Sequence record: DRR723986_8697
Direction: 5' to 3' (one strand)
Length of the DNA: 46,382 nucleotides
Part shown: in pieces, positions 18,962 through 29,183 of the stretch
Layout: each line of letters starts with the position of its first letter
Position numbering within the stretch: position 1 is the first letter of the stretch
Position numbers and translations under genes: made by a program
The notes under the pieces: model-generated
Database searches by the model: none
Seen by the model: the letters and a program-made list of their open reading frames with translations, nothing else
What the model was told of the DNA's origin: nothing

Positions 18962-18975
18962 ATGAATTAGCATTT

Positions 18976-19797
18976 CTAATAACTTTCCTTCTCATTCGGA
19001 AAGTCCTGGCTCTTTACGTCCTTGATGTATTGGCCGAAGGCCTCCATCATGATGCCCTCGAGGTCTGCATATTGCCTCAAGAATCTTGGCTTGAACTCCT
19101 GAGTGATCCCGAGCATATCGTGTACAACCAAAACTTGCCCATCAACTCCTCCACCTGCACCTATACCGATAATTGGAATAGAAACTGACTCGGCCACTTT
19201 CTTAGCAAGGTCCGCAGGAATTTTTTCCACAACGATAGCAAAACAGCCTAGCTCTTCCAGAAGCTTAGCATCCTCCACTAGCTTTCTTGCCTCAGCTTCC
19301 TCTTTTGCTCTTACTGTATATGTGCCGAATTTATAAATGGACTGCGGAGTAAGGCCCAAATGCCCCATTACCGGAACTCCAGCACTTAATATTCTCGCAA
19401 CAGATTCCTTGATTTCAGATCCACCTTCTACTTTCACAGCATGAGCACCGGATTCCTTCATGATCCGAATCGTAGATCGCAATGCTTCAGAGCTATTTCC
19501 CTGATAACTTCCAAAAGGAATATCCACCACCACAAAAGACCTGCTCACTGCTCTTACGACTGAAGAAGCATGATAGATCATCTGATCCAAAGTAATCGGC
19601 AAAGTAGTCTCATGACCTGCCATCACATTGGAGGCCGAGTCACCGACAAGAATAATATCGATCCCAGCAGCATCCACAATTTTTGCCATGGAATAATCGT
19701 AGGCTGTGAGCATGGAGATCTTCTCACCACGATCTTTCATTTCCTGAAGGATGTGCGTAGTGATACGTTTTACGTTTGCGGAGGAGTGTACTGACAT
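18976..19797 (-). CDS. panB: 3-methyl-2-oxobutanoate hydroxymethyltransferase
   Basis: [34 protein letters not shown]. Confidence 0.97.
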   Translation of the reverse strand: MSVHSSANVKRITTHILQEMKDRGEKISMLTAYDYSMAKIVDAAGIDIILVGDSASNVMAGHETTLPITLDQMIYHASSVVRAVSRSFVVVDIPFGSYQGNSSEALRSTIRIMKESGAHAVKVEGGSEIKESVARILSAGVPVMGHLGLTPQSIYKFGTYTVRAKEEAEARKLVEDAKLLEELGCFAIVVEKIPADLAKKVAESVSIPIIGIGAGGGVDGQVLVVHDMLGITQEFKPRFLRQYADLEGIMMEAFGQYIKDVKSQDFPNEKESY

Positions 19798-19801
19798 AAT
19801 T

Positions 19802-20293
19802 TTAATGTAGATAGACGAAGTAATTTTCTCCGGAGAAATCTACTTTGATATGTTCGTTGAGTGTAGTGGAAAGCTCGAAACCTGTGTAATCAGGACGAAT
19901 CGGAAAAAGTCCATGACTTCGGTTGACAAGTACCGCGATTTCCATTCGATACAATTCCTCATCCAAAAAAGGCTTCATTGCATAGACTAATGTTTTGCCT
20001 GTATTGAGAACATCATCTACTAGAATCAATGTTTTCCCCTGCAAATCTATCTCATTGGAAAGCTGAACTTCCTCTGAAGCTACATGTGCCTTGTCCAAAA
20101 TGATTTCTGTCTTTTCAATAATCAGCGGAGAAATCGCTTTAAGTTCTGTAGCTAGAAGATCAGAAAGAAACCTTCCCATTCCAGAGATCCCAGCAAACAC
20201 GACGGCTTTTGAGTTGAGATTTCGCTCATAAATCTCATACGCCATTCGGGTGATTTTCTTCTTTATCTGTTGGTGATTGAGTACTTCGCTCAT
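19802..20293 (-). CDS. PyrR-like phosphoribosyltransferase
   Basis: [14 protein letters not shown] motif [19 protein letters not shown]. Confidence 0.85.
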   Translation of the reverse strand: MSEVLNHQQIKKKITRMAYEIYERNLNSKAVVFAGISGMGRFLSDLLATELKAISPLIIEKTEIILDKAHVASEEVQLSNEIDLQGKTLILVDDVLNTGKTLVYAMKPFLDEELYRMEIAVLVNRSHGLFPIRPDYTGFELSTTLNEHIKVDFSGENYFVYLH

Positions 20294-20354
20294 GGTATTT
20301 TATAAAAATGAAAATTAGGCCAATTCTACTTGGATTCAAAATCAAGCAGGCAGC

Positions 20355-21278
20355 TTATCTATAGTCATCCTCCTCATTCAGGATATTCAAATAGCTTTCG
20401 TATCGGTAAGGATGAATATGACCCGCTTCCACTTTCTCAAGCACGACACAACCTGGCTCATTCACATGTTGGCAGTTATTGTACTTGCATTGCCCAAGAT
20501 ACTTTCTCATTTCTGGAAAATAATGTGAAAGCTCATGATCCTCGATATCCAGAATCCCAAACTCCTTAATACCCGGAGTATCGATCAGATCCCCGCCATT
20601 TTCCAGCCTAAAAAGCTCCGCAAAAGTAGTCGTATGTACACCTTTAGAAGTGAATCCAGAAACTTCTTTTGTATGCTGGCTAGCTTCCGGCACCAAAGCA
20701 TTGAGCAAAGTCGATTTCCCTACACCTGAATGTCCTGAGATTAAAGTTGATTTTCCTGAGAGTACTGAATCAAACTTTTCTTTAAGATTTTCTTCTTTCA
20801 AAGCCGAAACCTCAAGCACCTTATAGCCTAATGGCTCATAAATCTCATGAATATCCAAGAGCCAGTCATCTGCTTTTTCGCCGGACATTTGATCCATCTT
20901 ATTTACTACCAGAATAGCTGGAATCCTAAAGCTCTCCGTACTCACCAAAAACCTATCAATAAAACCCAGAGATGTTCTTGGGCTTTTCATGGTGATGACC
21001 AAAATTGCCTGGTCGAGATTGCTCGCAATGATATGAGAAAAATGTTGCTTCCGAGTAGACTTTCGAATTACGTAGTTTTCTCGAGGCAAAATATCAGAAA
21101 TCACCGCCGTCTCCTGATTGTCTTCTTTTTCCAATTCTACCCAGTCTCCCACTGCAATAGGATTAGTCAACTTTAGCTCGTCCTGTTTGAATTTCCCCTT
21201 TAATCTAGAAGAGACTACCTCTCCTTCAGTCTGAACAAGATACCAGCTCCCTGTAGATTTTATTACTCTTCCCCTCAT
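20355..21278 (-). CDS. rsgA: Ribosome small subunit-dependent GTPase A
   Basis: Circularly permuted GTPase NKMD, GHSGVGKST, HTT, DTPG, zinc finger CKYNNCQHVNEPGC. Confidence 0.96.
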   Translation of the reverse strand: MRGRVIKSTGSWYLVQTEGEVVSSRLKGKFKQDELKLTNPIAVGDWVELEKEDNQETAVISDILPRENYVIRKSTRKQHFSHIIASNLDQAILVITMKSPRTSLGFIDRFLVSTESFRIPAILVVNKMDQMSGEKADDWLLDIHEIYEPLGYKVLEVSALKEENLKEKFDSVLSGKSTLISGHSGVGKSTLLNALVPEASQHTKEVSGFTSKGVHTTTFAELFRLENGGDLIDTPGIKEFGILDIEDHELSHYFPEMRKYLGQCKYNNCQHVNEPGCVVLEKVEAGHIHPYRYESYLNILNEEDDYR

Positions 21279-22519
21279 TTCTTTGAAACTAGTTTTTCCA
21301 CCTTTTCTATAATTTTTGCTGCTGCTCCAATATTCATATCAAGCCATTTCTGAGCAGATTTCACACTTTCCTGATAAAATTCAGGTTGCTCCAATTTCTC
21401 AAATACAAGACTCAAACTCTCTGCATCACTTACTTCAAATCCGCACCCCTTGGCCTGGCTTTCAGCTGCTTCAGGAAATTTATCCACCTTCGACAATTTG
21501 CCGAATATCACCGGGACTTTGAATCCAATCGGCTCTAATATATTGTGGAGCCCTTTTCCAAATGCACCGCCTACATAAGCTATCCTAGCAAATTGATACA
21601 AAGAGCTTAGCATTCCAATATTATCTATAAAAAGCACATCTGGAGAATCGTCCGAATCCCAAAGGGAATACCTGACGGCAGACAAAGATAACTGATCCGA
21701 CCAACGATTCATTGGCTCAGGACTCAAATCATGCGGCGCTATTATCCACCGATAACCTGGCGTTGAATTCATCAGCGGAATTAGCAGATCCATATCCTCC
21801 TGCCAAACAGAACCAGCCACTAAAGTTGGTTTATCCCCAACCCATTTAGCCATCTCTGGATAGTCCTTCTGATTACCTGCAGTTTCCGCAACTCTATCAA
21901 ATCTAGTATCCCCAGTTACGTTTGTATGTTGGTAACCTATAGACTTAAGTAGGTCGAATGTGTTTTTATTTTGGGTAAAAATGTAATCGAATTGAAACAA
22001 GATTTTTCTAAAAAATCCATCTCTTCTGAAATAGATTTGATTAGGTCGAAAAGATGCTGAGAATAGAAAAAGTGGGGTATTACGGGATTTTACTGCAGCA
22101 ATATGATGATACCAAAGATCATACTTGACAAAAAATGCCATGCTAGGGTTCAGGGTATTCACAAAATTATCTGCCAGCTTTTTACTATCCAGCGGCAGAT
22201 ATGTAATAAAATCTACATTAGGCTGAGATTTTTTAATCACATTGTCATAGCCAGATGGGCTGAAGAAACTAACAACAACCAATTGAGCTGGCTGTAAGCG
22301 TTTTAACTCAGCAATAACCGGCCTAGCCTGTTCATATTCCCCTAAGGATGCTACGTGAAACCACGCTAGCTCACCTTTATTTTTAGACCTAAATACTATC
22401 AGTCTTTGAAATAGATTTTTTCTGCTAGAAGAGAAATGTCTAATTTTGGGTATAAAGAGTCCGCTTATCAATAAAAGTATTCTGGCAAAAAATATCCCGA
22501 TTCGATAAATCCATTTCAT
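21275..22519 (-). CDS. waaA: Kdo transferase
   Basis: WFHVASLGE, YLPLD, TGDTRFD, AYVGG...HNILEP. Confidence 0.93.
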   Translation of the reverse strand: MKWIYRIGIFFARILLLISGLFIPKIRHFSSSRKNLFQRLIVFRSKNKGELAWFHVASLGEYEQARPVIAELKRLQPAQLVVVSFFSPSGYDNVIKKSQPNVDFITYLPLDSKKLADNFVNTLNPSMAFFVKYDLWYHHIAAVKSRNTPLFLFSASFRPNQIYFRRDGFFRKILFQFDYIFTQNKNTFDLLKSIGYQHTNVTGDTRFDRVAETAGNQKDYPEMAKWVGDKPTLVAGSVWQEDMDLLIPLMNSTPGYRWIIAPHDLSPEPMNRWSDQLSLSAVRYSLWDSDDSPDVLFIDNIGMLSSLYQFARIAYVGGAFGKGLHNILEPIGFKVPVIFGKLSKVDKFPEAAESQAKGCGFEVSDAESLSLVFEKLEQPEFYQESVKSAQKWLDMNIGAAAKIIEKVEKLVSKK

Positions 22520-22523
22520 TTAT

Positions 22524-22531
22524 CAAAAGTA
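22524..22531 (-). promoter_or_regulatory. -7 promoter element immediately before waaA
   Basis: TACTTTTG-ATAA-ATG on the minus strand. Confidence 0.6.
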
Positions 22532-22705
22532 GTTATTTGACATGAAATACTATTATTAATGATTTATTCAGGCTAAAAGGCTCTTTGAAAGCATGGATTT
22601 GAATATTCATACAAAAAAGACGAATCTCGCCGTGCATTTCCCCCTAAAAATAGCTACTTTCAAAGCCTTTGTTTTTCAAGTAGCTAATTAAGTTCAGCTA
22701 ATAAT

Positions 22706-23191
22706 ATGATTAGAGTTTTATTTGTTTGTTTAGGTAATATATGTAGATCACCTCTTGCAGAAGCTATTTTTAATTATAAAGTAGAGCAAGCCGGCATGAA
22801 ATCACAATTTAAAGCTGATAGTGCCGGTACTTCAGATTTTCACATTGGAGAACTGCCTGATGAAAGAACAATAAAATGTGCCAATAAATATAATTTACCT
22901 CTTAATCATCGCGGCAGACAAGTAAATCGTACAGATTTCAGGGATTTTGATTACATCCTTGCAATGGATGACAACAACCTTCGAAATCTTAATAACTTAA
23001 AAGCAAGGTATGGTTTTAAGGACAAAGGAATTTACCTCATGCGTGACTTTGTGGCTGAAACGCAGGGAATGTCAGTTCCAGATCCATATTATGGAGGAGA
23101 AGAGGGTTTTGAGGAAATATACCAAATATTGGATGAGGCCCTTGATCGTTTTCTAATACAGGTTAAAGCGACCCATCATCTCTATGCTTGA
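22706..23191 (+). CDS. Low molecular weight protein-tyrosine phosphatase
   Basis: FVCLGNICRSP P-loop, DSAGT, VPDPYY. Confidence 0.95.
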   Translation: MIRVLFVCLGNICRSPLAEAIFNYKVEQAGMKSQFKADSAGTSDFHIGELPDERTIKCANKYNLPLNHRGRQVNRTDFRDFDYILAMDDNNLRNLNNLKARYGFKDKGIYLMRDFVAETQGMSVPDPYYGGEEGFEEIYQILDEALDRFLIQVKATHHLYA

Positions 23192-24059
23192 CCAGCACGA
23201 GATCTACGAACAAATACTTTTTGAAAGCCTAGGTACTATGGCTGAATTAAAATCAGCTTCTCTTGTAGCAGCGGGAAATCATAATCAAGGTATCCGAATA
23301 GAAAGCAATTCAGGCGTATTTTTTCTAAAACTAAACTTCGATCATGAAAGGGATATTCTTCACAAAGAGGAAGAAGGGCTAAATCTTCTACGTCAATCCA
23401 CTTTTCTCAAAGTTCCAGAAACTTATGGTTGTGGAAGAGTGGAGGATTATAATTTTTTGCTGTCTGAATTCATCCCTGAAGGTAAGGCCAAACTTGACTA
23501 TTGGGAAAACTTGGGATTTGGCTTGGCTCATCTTCATTTGACATCTCGAAATGAATTCGGGTTAGAAAAGGACAATTACATTGCATCTATTCATCAAAAA
23601 AACCTACAAACATCCAATTGGGTAGACTTCTACATTGAGCAGCGATTGGAACCTCTAATTGGGAAAGCCTATTTTGATCGCCTGATTCCTTTGGAATTCT
23701 TAAAGAAATTTCAAGAAATCTACCCTAAGCTGGAAAGCAATTTCCCCAAGGAAAAACCTTCTTTGGTGCATGGCGATTTATGGTCTGGAAATGTGATTGC
23801 CACACCTAATGGAGAGCCATGCTTTATAGATCCTGCCGTCTATTTTGGACACCGAGAAATGGATATAGCCTTCAGTCGCCTATTTGGGGGATTTGACTCG
23901 AAATTTTATGCCTCTTATGAATCTGTTTTACCATTAGAGCCAGGTTTTGAAGACAGAATGGGATTATATAATCTGTATCCACTACTGGTTCATTTGAATC
24001 TTTTTGGCGTAGCCTATCTTCCAGGGATCGAGCGGATCATCAACCGATTTGTTAAATAG
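23184..24059 (+). CDS. Fructosamine kinase family protein (FN3K homologue)
   Basis: FFLKLN, PSLVHGDLWSGN, IDPAVYFGHREMDIA, YNLYPLLVHLNLFG; overlaps LMW-PTP by 8 nt. Confidence 0.93.
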   Translation: MLDQHEIYEQILFESLGTMAELKSASLVAAGNHNQGIRIESNSGVFFLKLNFDHERDILHKEEEGLNLLRQSTFLKVPETYGCGRVEDYNFLLSEFIPEGKAKLDYWENLGFGLAHLHLTSRNEFGLEKDNYIASIHQKNLQTSNWVDFYIEQRLEPLIGKAYFDRLIPLEFLKKFQEIYPKLESNFPKEKPSLVHGDLWSGNVIATPNGEPCFIDPAVYFGHREMDIAFSRLFGGFDSKFYASYESVLPLEPGFEDRMGLYNLYPLLVHLNLFGVAYLPGIERIINRFVK

Positions 24060-24079
24060 GCTACCCCATTGTAAAGATT

Positions 24080-25204
24080 TCAACTTAAATTCAGAAGTAC
24101 TTTTTCTCCAGTTTCTACAGCTTTGAAAATAGCATCTATTATCTTCATATCCTTCACTCCTTCTTCTCCATCTACGGGTACTTCAGGCTTTTTCCCATCA
24201 AAAATTATAGCTGCCATTTCATCCATTTGAACTGTCTGATGCGTGACGATTGGCTCAGTTAAAGGTCCTTTATTGGTTTCTCCTTTTATAGGACCATAGC
24301 CTGTCGAAGGCTGCATTTCTGCCCAGCCTTTGCTTCCATTCAGATAAAACCTATCTAGATTATTCATATTGTAGGTAGATAAGCAAGAAGCAATTACCCC
24401 ACTTGGGAAGCCAAGTTGGAATGTGATCGTCTCATCAATTCCCTCTTTAAATTTTTCAGGATTGGTTTTGACCTCCTGAGCGGTCACCCAAATTGGTTCC
24501 TCTCCAATCATATACCGGGCACCATTAATCGAATAAATACCGATATCCATCATGGCGCCACCGCCTGAAAGTTTCGGATCTAGTCTCCATTGAGTTGGAT
24601 CTCCAATGGTAAAACCACTTAGTCCCTGAAAAAATCGAATGTCACCAAATTCTCCTGCCTTTCTCATTCGAATCACTTCTAATGTATTTGGCTCAAAATG
24701 CATTCTATATCCAATCAAAAGATGAACGCCTGCCGTTTTGCACGCATCGACCATCGCTTGACCATCTGCTGCGTTCACAGCCATCGGTTTTTCGCAGATA
24801 GCATGCTTTCCAGCTTTGGCTACTCGGATTACCTGATCCTTATGTAGAGCATTTGGAGTGATCACATAGACGGCGTCAATGTCAGGGTTATCCTTGATTG
24901 CATCGAAATTCTCATAGTTGTAGCAATTTTTCTCAGGAATACCATACTTCTCTCTCCAAGCAACCACTTTTGAGGGAGTTCCACTGATTACTCCAACCAA
25001 TTTGGTTCGCTGGCAACTTTGAATCGCTTCCGCAACTCGGGTGCCGTAGCTACCAAGGCCCATGATTGCAACACGCAAGGTTTTTGAATCTTTAGCATAT
25101 TCAGAAATTTGATCAGCCATAACAGAAAATGGGTTTAAAACGGGCACAGTCAATGCCATAGCAGAAAGACTGGCTCTTTGTAAAAATACTCTTCTAGTTT
25201 TCAT
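24080..25204 (-). CDS. Tat-exported Gfo/Idh/MocA oxidoreductase (glucose-fructose oxidoreductase-like)
   Basis: Twin-arginine TRRVFL, GLGSYG, TPNALH, CEKPMA, GGGAMMDIGIY. Confidence 0.9.
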   Translation of the reverse strand: MKTRRVFLQRASLSAMALTVPVLNPFSVMADQISEYAKDSKTLRVAIMGLGSYGTRVAEAIQSCQRTKLVGVISGTPSKVVAWREKYGIPEKNCYNYENFDAIKDNPDIDAVYVITPNALHKDQVIRVAKAGKHAICEKPMAVNAADGQAMVDACKTAGVHLLIGYRMHFEPNTLEVIRMRKAGEFGDIRFFQGLSGFTIGDPTQWRLDPKLSGGGAMMDIGIYSINGARYMIGEEPIWVTAQEVKTNPEKFKEGIDETITFQLGFPSGVIASCLSTYNMNNLDRFYLNGSKGWAEMQPSTGYGPIKGETNKGPLTEPIVTHQTVQMDEMAAIIFDGKKPEVPVDGEEGVKDMKIIDAIFKAVETGEKVLLNLS

Positions 25205-25295
25205 AGGGTAAGGTTAGGTTATCGAGTTTATATCCTGAAACTATTGATTTTTGATGAAATACCAGTGGTTTCAGGAAATGACTTTTATCGAAAGT

Positions 25296-26564
25296 CTAGT
25301 TTAACCGTCTCGCTACCTGCACCATATTTCTGGTGCTTTGCTCCAGCAGCACCTCATACCCATCCAATAGAGACGGGATCGAATCCGGCTTTGGATGTAA
25401 TACCGTCAACAACTCTAAGCCTTCATTGTATCGTATTATAAAATCATTTTTAAGTTTGGCCAACAATTGCTCCAATTTGAACAGTTGGGAGTCTACCACG
25501 ATGGAGATAGTTATCGCTGAGGTTTGCAACATGTTTGCCCTGAGCTTTAACATTTGCAGCTGCTCATACACTTGATGAATGTGCTTTTCTTCAATAAAAG
25601 TGAAATCCGTCACCTTAAAAGACACTAGAATTTGATCCTTTTTCAAAATAATAGTCGGCACTGTTTCAGCCTTTGCTGTCTTATGGATTTTTGTCCCATT
25701 CTCTTCCGGATGGAGAAAAGATTTGACGAAGAGTGGAATCCCTGCATTCGCCAATGGCTTAATAGTCTTAGGATGAATCACCGAAGCTCCGTAATAGGTC
25801 ATTTGTGCTGCTTGCTGATAATCCAGCTCACTAAAAAGCTTCGTATCCTTGAATAATTTTGGATCAGCATTGAGCACACCAGGCACATCCTTCCAGATCG
25901 TGACCGATCCGGCATCAAGGCTAGTGGCTAGAATTGCCGCAGTAAAATCAGACCCTTCTCGACCTAACGTTGTCGGTCTTCCAGATGAATCAGCACCAAT
26001 AAATCCTTGAGTCAAAACAGGAAACTGGTCCAATTTCGGTCTCAATTGTGATTGGCAATTCCTGCGCGTTTTCTCCCAATCTAGCTTAGCAAATCGAAAA
26101 TCACTATCTGTACAGATCAGTTCCCGTGCATCTTGCCACAGGACAAGTAATTCCTGCGAGCATAAATACTCCATGACAATTCTGGAAGAAAGCATTTCTC
26201 CAAAACCAATTACCCGATCATAATACTCATCGTAGTTCTCCTTAGAAACAGGTTTGTTGAGTTCATGATGGAGCAGGATGAAGTAGTTCTCGATTTTGGG
26301 GAAAATTACATGTCCCTCGGGAAATAACTCTGTGCAAATATCCAGGTGGTAAGACTTCAAATTTGAACTATTCCAAGAATAATCCTGATTTGTTAATTTA
26401 AGAGAGAGAATAGTTTCAAGATGATTTGTAGTTTTTCCCATGGCTGAAACCACAATCACAAAATTATTTCGCAATCGATTACGGAGAATATTAGCCAAGT
26501 TTTTAACTGCAGGGGCATCTTTTACAGAAGCTCCGCCAAATTTATAAATCTGAGTTTTTGTCAT
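25296..26564 (-). CDS. lysC: Monofunctional aspartate kinase
   Basis: KFGGASV, VVSAMGKTT, TTLGREGSDFTA, IWKDVPG, VIHPKT. Confidence 0.9.
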   Translation of the reverse strand: MTKTQIYKFGGASVKDAPAVKNLANILRNRLRNNFVIVVSAMGKTTNHLETILSLKLTNQDYSWNSSNLKSYHLDICTELFPEGHVIFPKIENYFILLHHELNKPVSKENYDEYYDRVIGFGEMLSSRIVMEYLCSQELLVLWQDARELICTDSDFRFAKLDWEKTRRNCQSQLRPKLDQFPVLTQGFIGADSSGRPTTLGREGSDFTAAILATSLDAGSVTIWKDVPGVLNADPKLFKDTKLFSELDYQQAAQMTYYGASVIHPKTIKPLANAGIPLFVKSFLHPEENGTKIHKTAKAETVPTIILKKDQILVSFKVTDFTFIEEKHIHQVYEQLQMLKLRANMLQTSAITISIVVDSQLFKLEQLLAKLKNDFIIRYNEGLELLTVLHPKPDSIPSLLDGYEVLLEQSTRNMVQVARRLN

Positions 26565-26621
26565 TAAAATATTTGCTTACTTTTCAATAAGATTAAACCA
26601 CCAATTGAACTATTCCAATAT

Positions 26622-27659
26622 ATGAAAATTCTTCCTTACCAACCTGACCAAAGCGGACTAGCCTACTCTGTCGGCACTACCTTAGACAGATTTATTAAAC
26701 TCAAGCAAAGCGATTTCCCTTTTGCTTCAGGTGAACTTTCACAACTTCTGCGAGATATCGCACTTGCAGCCAAGATAGTAAATCGCGAAACCACTAGAGC
26801 CGGACTATCAAATATCGGTGGAGCCTTTGGTCAAGTCAATGTACAAGGAGAAGAGCAACAAAAGCTGGACGTCATTGCTAATATCCGATTTATGCGTGCC
26901 CTGAGTAAGGGTGGCGAAGTCTGTGCCATAGTTTCTGAAGAAGAGGATTCTGTGATTGATTTACAAAATAGCTCTGGAAAGTATGTAGTTGCTATAGATC
27001 CCCTCGATGGCAGCTCCAATATTGATGTAAATATTTCCATAGGAACAATATTTTCGATTTACCGCAGAAAGACTCCGGCTGGAAGCCCTATTCAAAGAGA
27101 AGACATCATGCAAGCAGGTACGGAGCAGGTCGCTGCTGGTTATGTGCTCTATGGCTCTTCGACAATGTTAGTTTACACCACTGGATGCGGAGTAAATGGC
27201 TTTACATACGAACAATCTTTGGGGGAATTTTTCCTTTCTCACCCCAATATTCAGGCTCCAAAAAACGGAGAAATTTATTCCGTAAATGAAGGTTCTCAGA
27301 AAGAATGGGAAGAAGGAATGAAGGCTTATGTAGACCAATGCAAGGATAGGAGATACTCTGCCAGATACATTGGCTCCTTGGTAGCAGACTTCCATAGAAA
27401 CTTGCTAAAAGGTGGGATTTACCTTTATCCTGCTACTCATAAGAACCCATCCGGAAAATTACGATTGTTGTATGAAGCAAATGCCCTGGCACTTATAGCG
27501 GAGCAAGCTGGTGCAATGGCAACAGATGGATGCAACCGGATTTTGGAGATCCAACCGACCACGCTTCATCAAAGAACACCACTGCTGATTGGTTCATCAG
27601 AGATGGTACAGGAAGCAGAAGCATTCATGAATTGCCCGGTAGAAAAGCCGACTTCCTAA
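26622..27659 (+). CDS. fbp: Fructose-1,6-bisphosphatase class 1
   Basis: [36 protein letters not shown]. Confidence 0.96.
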   Translation: MKILPYQPDQSGLAYSVGTTLDRFIKLKQSDFPFASGELSQLLRDIALAAKIVNRETTRAGLSNIGGAFGQVNVQGEEQQKLDVIANIRFMRALSKGGEVCAIVSEEEDSVIDLQNSSGKYVVAIDPLDGSSNIDVNISIGTIFSIYRRKTPAGSPIQREDIMQAGTEQVAAGYVLYGSSTMLVYTTGCGVNGFTYEQSLGEFFLSHPNIQAPKNGEIYSVNEGSQKEWEEGMKAYVDQCKDRRYSARYIGSLVADFHRNLLKGGIYLYPATHKNPSGKLRLLYEANALALIAEQAGAMATDGCNRILEIQPTTLHQRTPLLIGSSEMVQEAEAFMNCPVEKPTS

Positions 27660-27667
27660 GCAGGTCA

Positions 27668-27721
27668 TGTAAATAAGCTGCAAGATTTCAAAGATGTATT
27701 TTATCTTGCAGCTTATTTACA
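27668..27721. repeat. Perfect 19-bp inverted repeat after fbp
   Basis: TGTAAATAAGCTGCAAGAT-16 nt-ATCTTGCAGCTTATTTACA; no U-tract. Confidence 0.85.
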
Positions 27722-27725
27722 ACGC

Positions 27726-27798
27726 TATGAAATCGAGCATGAGTAAGAACCCCTTGCATAAAGGTTTTACTGTAATGCATGCGAGATTCCATGTGACC
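27726..27798 (+). promoter_or_regulatory. Conserved 5'-leader hairpin element, copy 2
   Basis: TATGAAATCGAGCATG...CATGCGAGATTCCATGTGACC, ending 21 nt before ATG 27820. Confidence 0.6.
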
Positions 27799-27819
27799 GT
27801 TGGAAAACAATATATACAC

Positions 27820-28986
27820 ATGACAAAAAACAAACTATACCTGCCTATCGCTCTCGTAGCATCTGGCATCGCCTTAGCAACATCTTGCTCACCTAAAGAG
27901 CAAGAAGCTGTAGTCGAACCTATCGATGAGACTTACGCTGTTCAAACTGAACAGCTATTAATCAATGTTGACACCCTTTATACTGGATTTGAAAATCCTT
28001 GGGGCATGACATGGCTATCTGATGGTAGAATGCTTGTTACTGAGAAAAAAGGAGAAATCCTTATTTTCAAAGACGATAAATTCACCGGAGAGAAAGTACA
28101 GGGGCTTCCTGAGGTTTGGACAAAAGGTCAATCTGGTTTGTTGGACGTTACAGCTCATCCAAAATTTGATGAGAATGGCTGGATCTATATTTCCTATGGC
28201 AAGCTAATGCCAGATAGCACATCCGCTACAACGATCACAAGATTTAAGCTAGAAGGCAATAATGCAGTCAATCAAGAAGAGCTGATTCAATCGCTTCCAG
28301 CATGGAAAAGCAATGCGCATTACGGTAGTCGAATTGTATTCGATAACGACGGATACCTTTACTATTCTAGTGGAGACCGTCAAAACACTCCTACAAATGC
28401 ACAGGATTTGACCAACTCTCATGGAAAAATTCACCGAATTCATGACGATGGCAGAATCCCGACTGACAATCCATTTGTAGATACTGAGGGTGCCGTAGCT
28501 TCAATCTGGACTTATGGAAACAGAAACCCTCAAGGCTTGTATTTCGACAAAGAAAATAATAGACTTTATGAAACTGAGCACGGTCCTCAAGGTGGTGACG
28601 AGTTGAATTTGTTGGAAAAAGGAAAAAATTACGGTTGGCCAGTGATTACTTGGGGAATTGGATATGATGACAAACCAGTTTCTGACATTCAGGAAAAAGA
28701 AGGAATGGAACAACCATTAACTTATTATGTACCATCCATCGCTACTGCGGGTATGACAATGGTCACTTCAGATAAATATCCGGCTTGGAAAGGCGATATT
28801 CTTATCGGTGCATTAAAGAAAATGCACATCAACCGTGTAGACATGAATGGATCTACCGCCGGAGAGCAAGAAATTATGCTTCAGGATATCGGACGTGTAC
28901 GCCAGGTTTCTCAAAGCCCAGATGGCTATATTTATGCTATTACTGAAGGTACAGGCTTAATGGTAAAGTTGATTCCGATTAGATAA
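27820..28986 (+). CDS. PQQ-dependent soluble sugar dehydrogenase (GdhB/YliI-like) lipoprotein
   Basis: Start moved to 27820 so the lipoprotein signal (MTKNK...LATSC) is N-terminal; PWGMTW, GLLDV, HYGSRI, YGNRNPQG, EHGPQGGDELN. Confidence 0.9.
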   Translation: MTKNKLYLPIALVASGIALATSCSPKEQEAVVEPIDETYAVQTEQLLINVDTLYTGFENPWGMTWLSDGRMLVTEKKGEILIFKDDKFTGEKVQGLPEVWTKGQSGLLDVTAHPKFDENGWIYISYGKLMPDSTSATTITRFKLEGNNAVNQEELIQSLPAWKSNAHYGSRIVFDNDGYLYYSSGDRQNTPTNAQDLTNSHGKIHRIHDDGRIPTDNPFVDTEGAVASIWTYGNRNPQGLYFDKENNRLYETEHGPQGGDELNLLEKGKNYGWPVITWGIGYDDKPVSDIQEKEGMEQPLTYYVPSIATAGMTMVTSDKYPAWKGDILIGALKKMHINRVDMNGSTAGEQEIMLQDIGRVRQVSQSPDGYIYAITEGTGLMVKLIPIR

Positions 28987-28999
28987 GAAATAATAACAA

Positions 29000-29045
29000 A
29001 ATTAGAAAAGCCACTTTTGATCACTCAGAAGTGGCTTTTCTAATT
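29000..29045. terminator. Terminator, likely bidirectional
   Basis: AATTAGAAAAGCCACTT/AAGTGGCTTTTCTAATT stem between convergent genes. Confidence 0.8.
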
Positions 29046-29183
29046 GTACTAAACGCCACACTTCTCTCAAAAATCTGACAGATCACTAGTTGGCATATGG
29101 TAGTGCTTCAAATCCTACTTCAAGGGAAGCAAGTTAAATCTGTGCTCACTGTATAAAACTCTGTGTCCATTGCAGCCAAAAGT

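Noticed and set aside
27694-27819. 42-aa N-terminal extension in the ORF track
   Set aside because: Overlaps an inverted repeat and the leader element; the lipoprotein signal begins at 27820.
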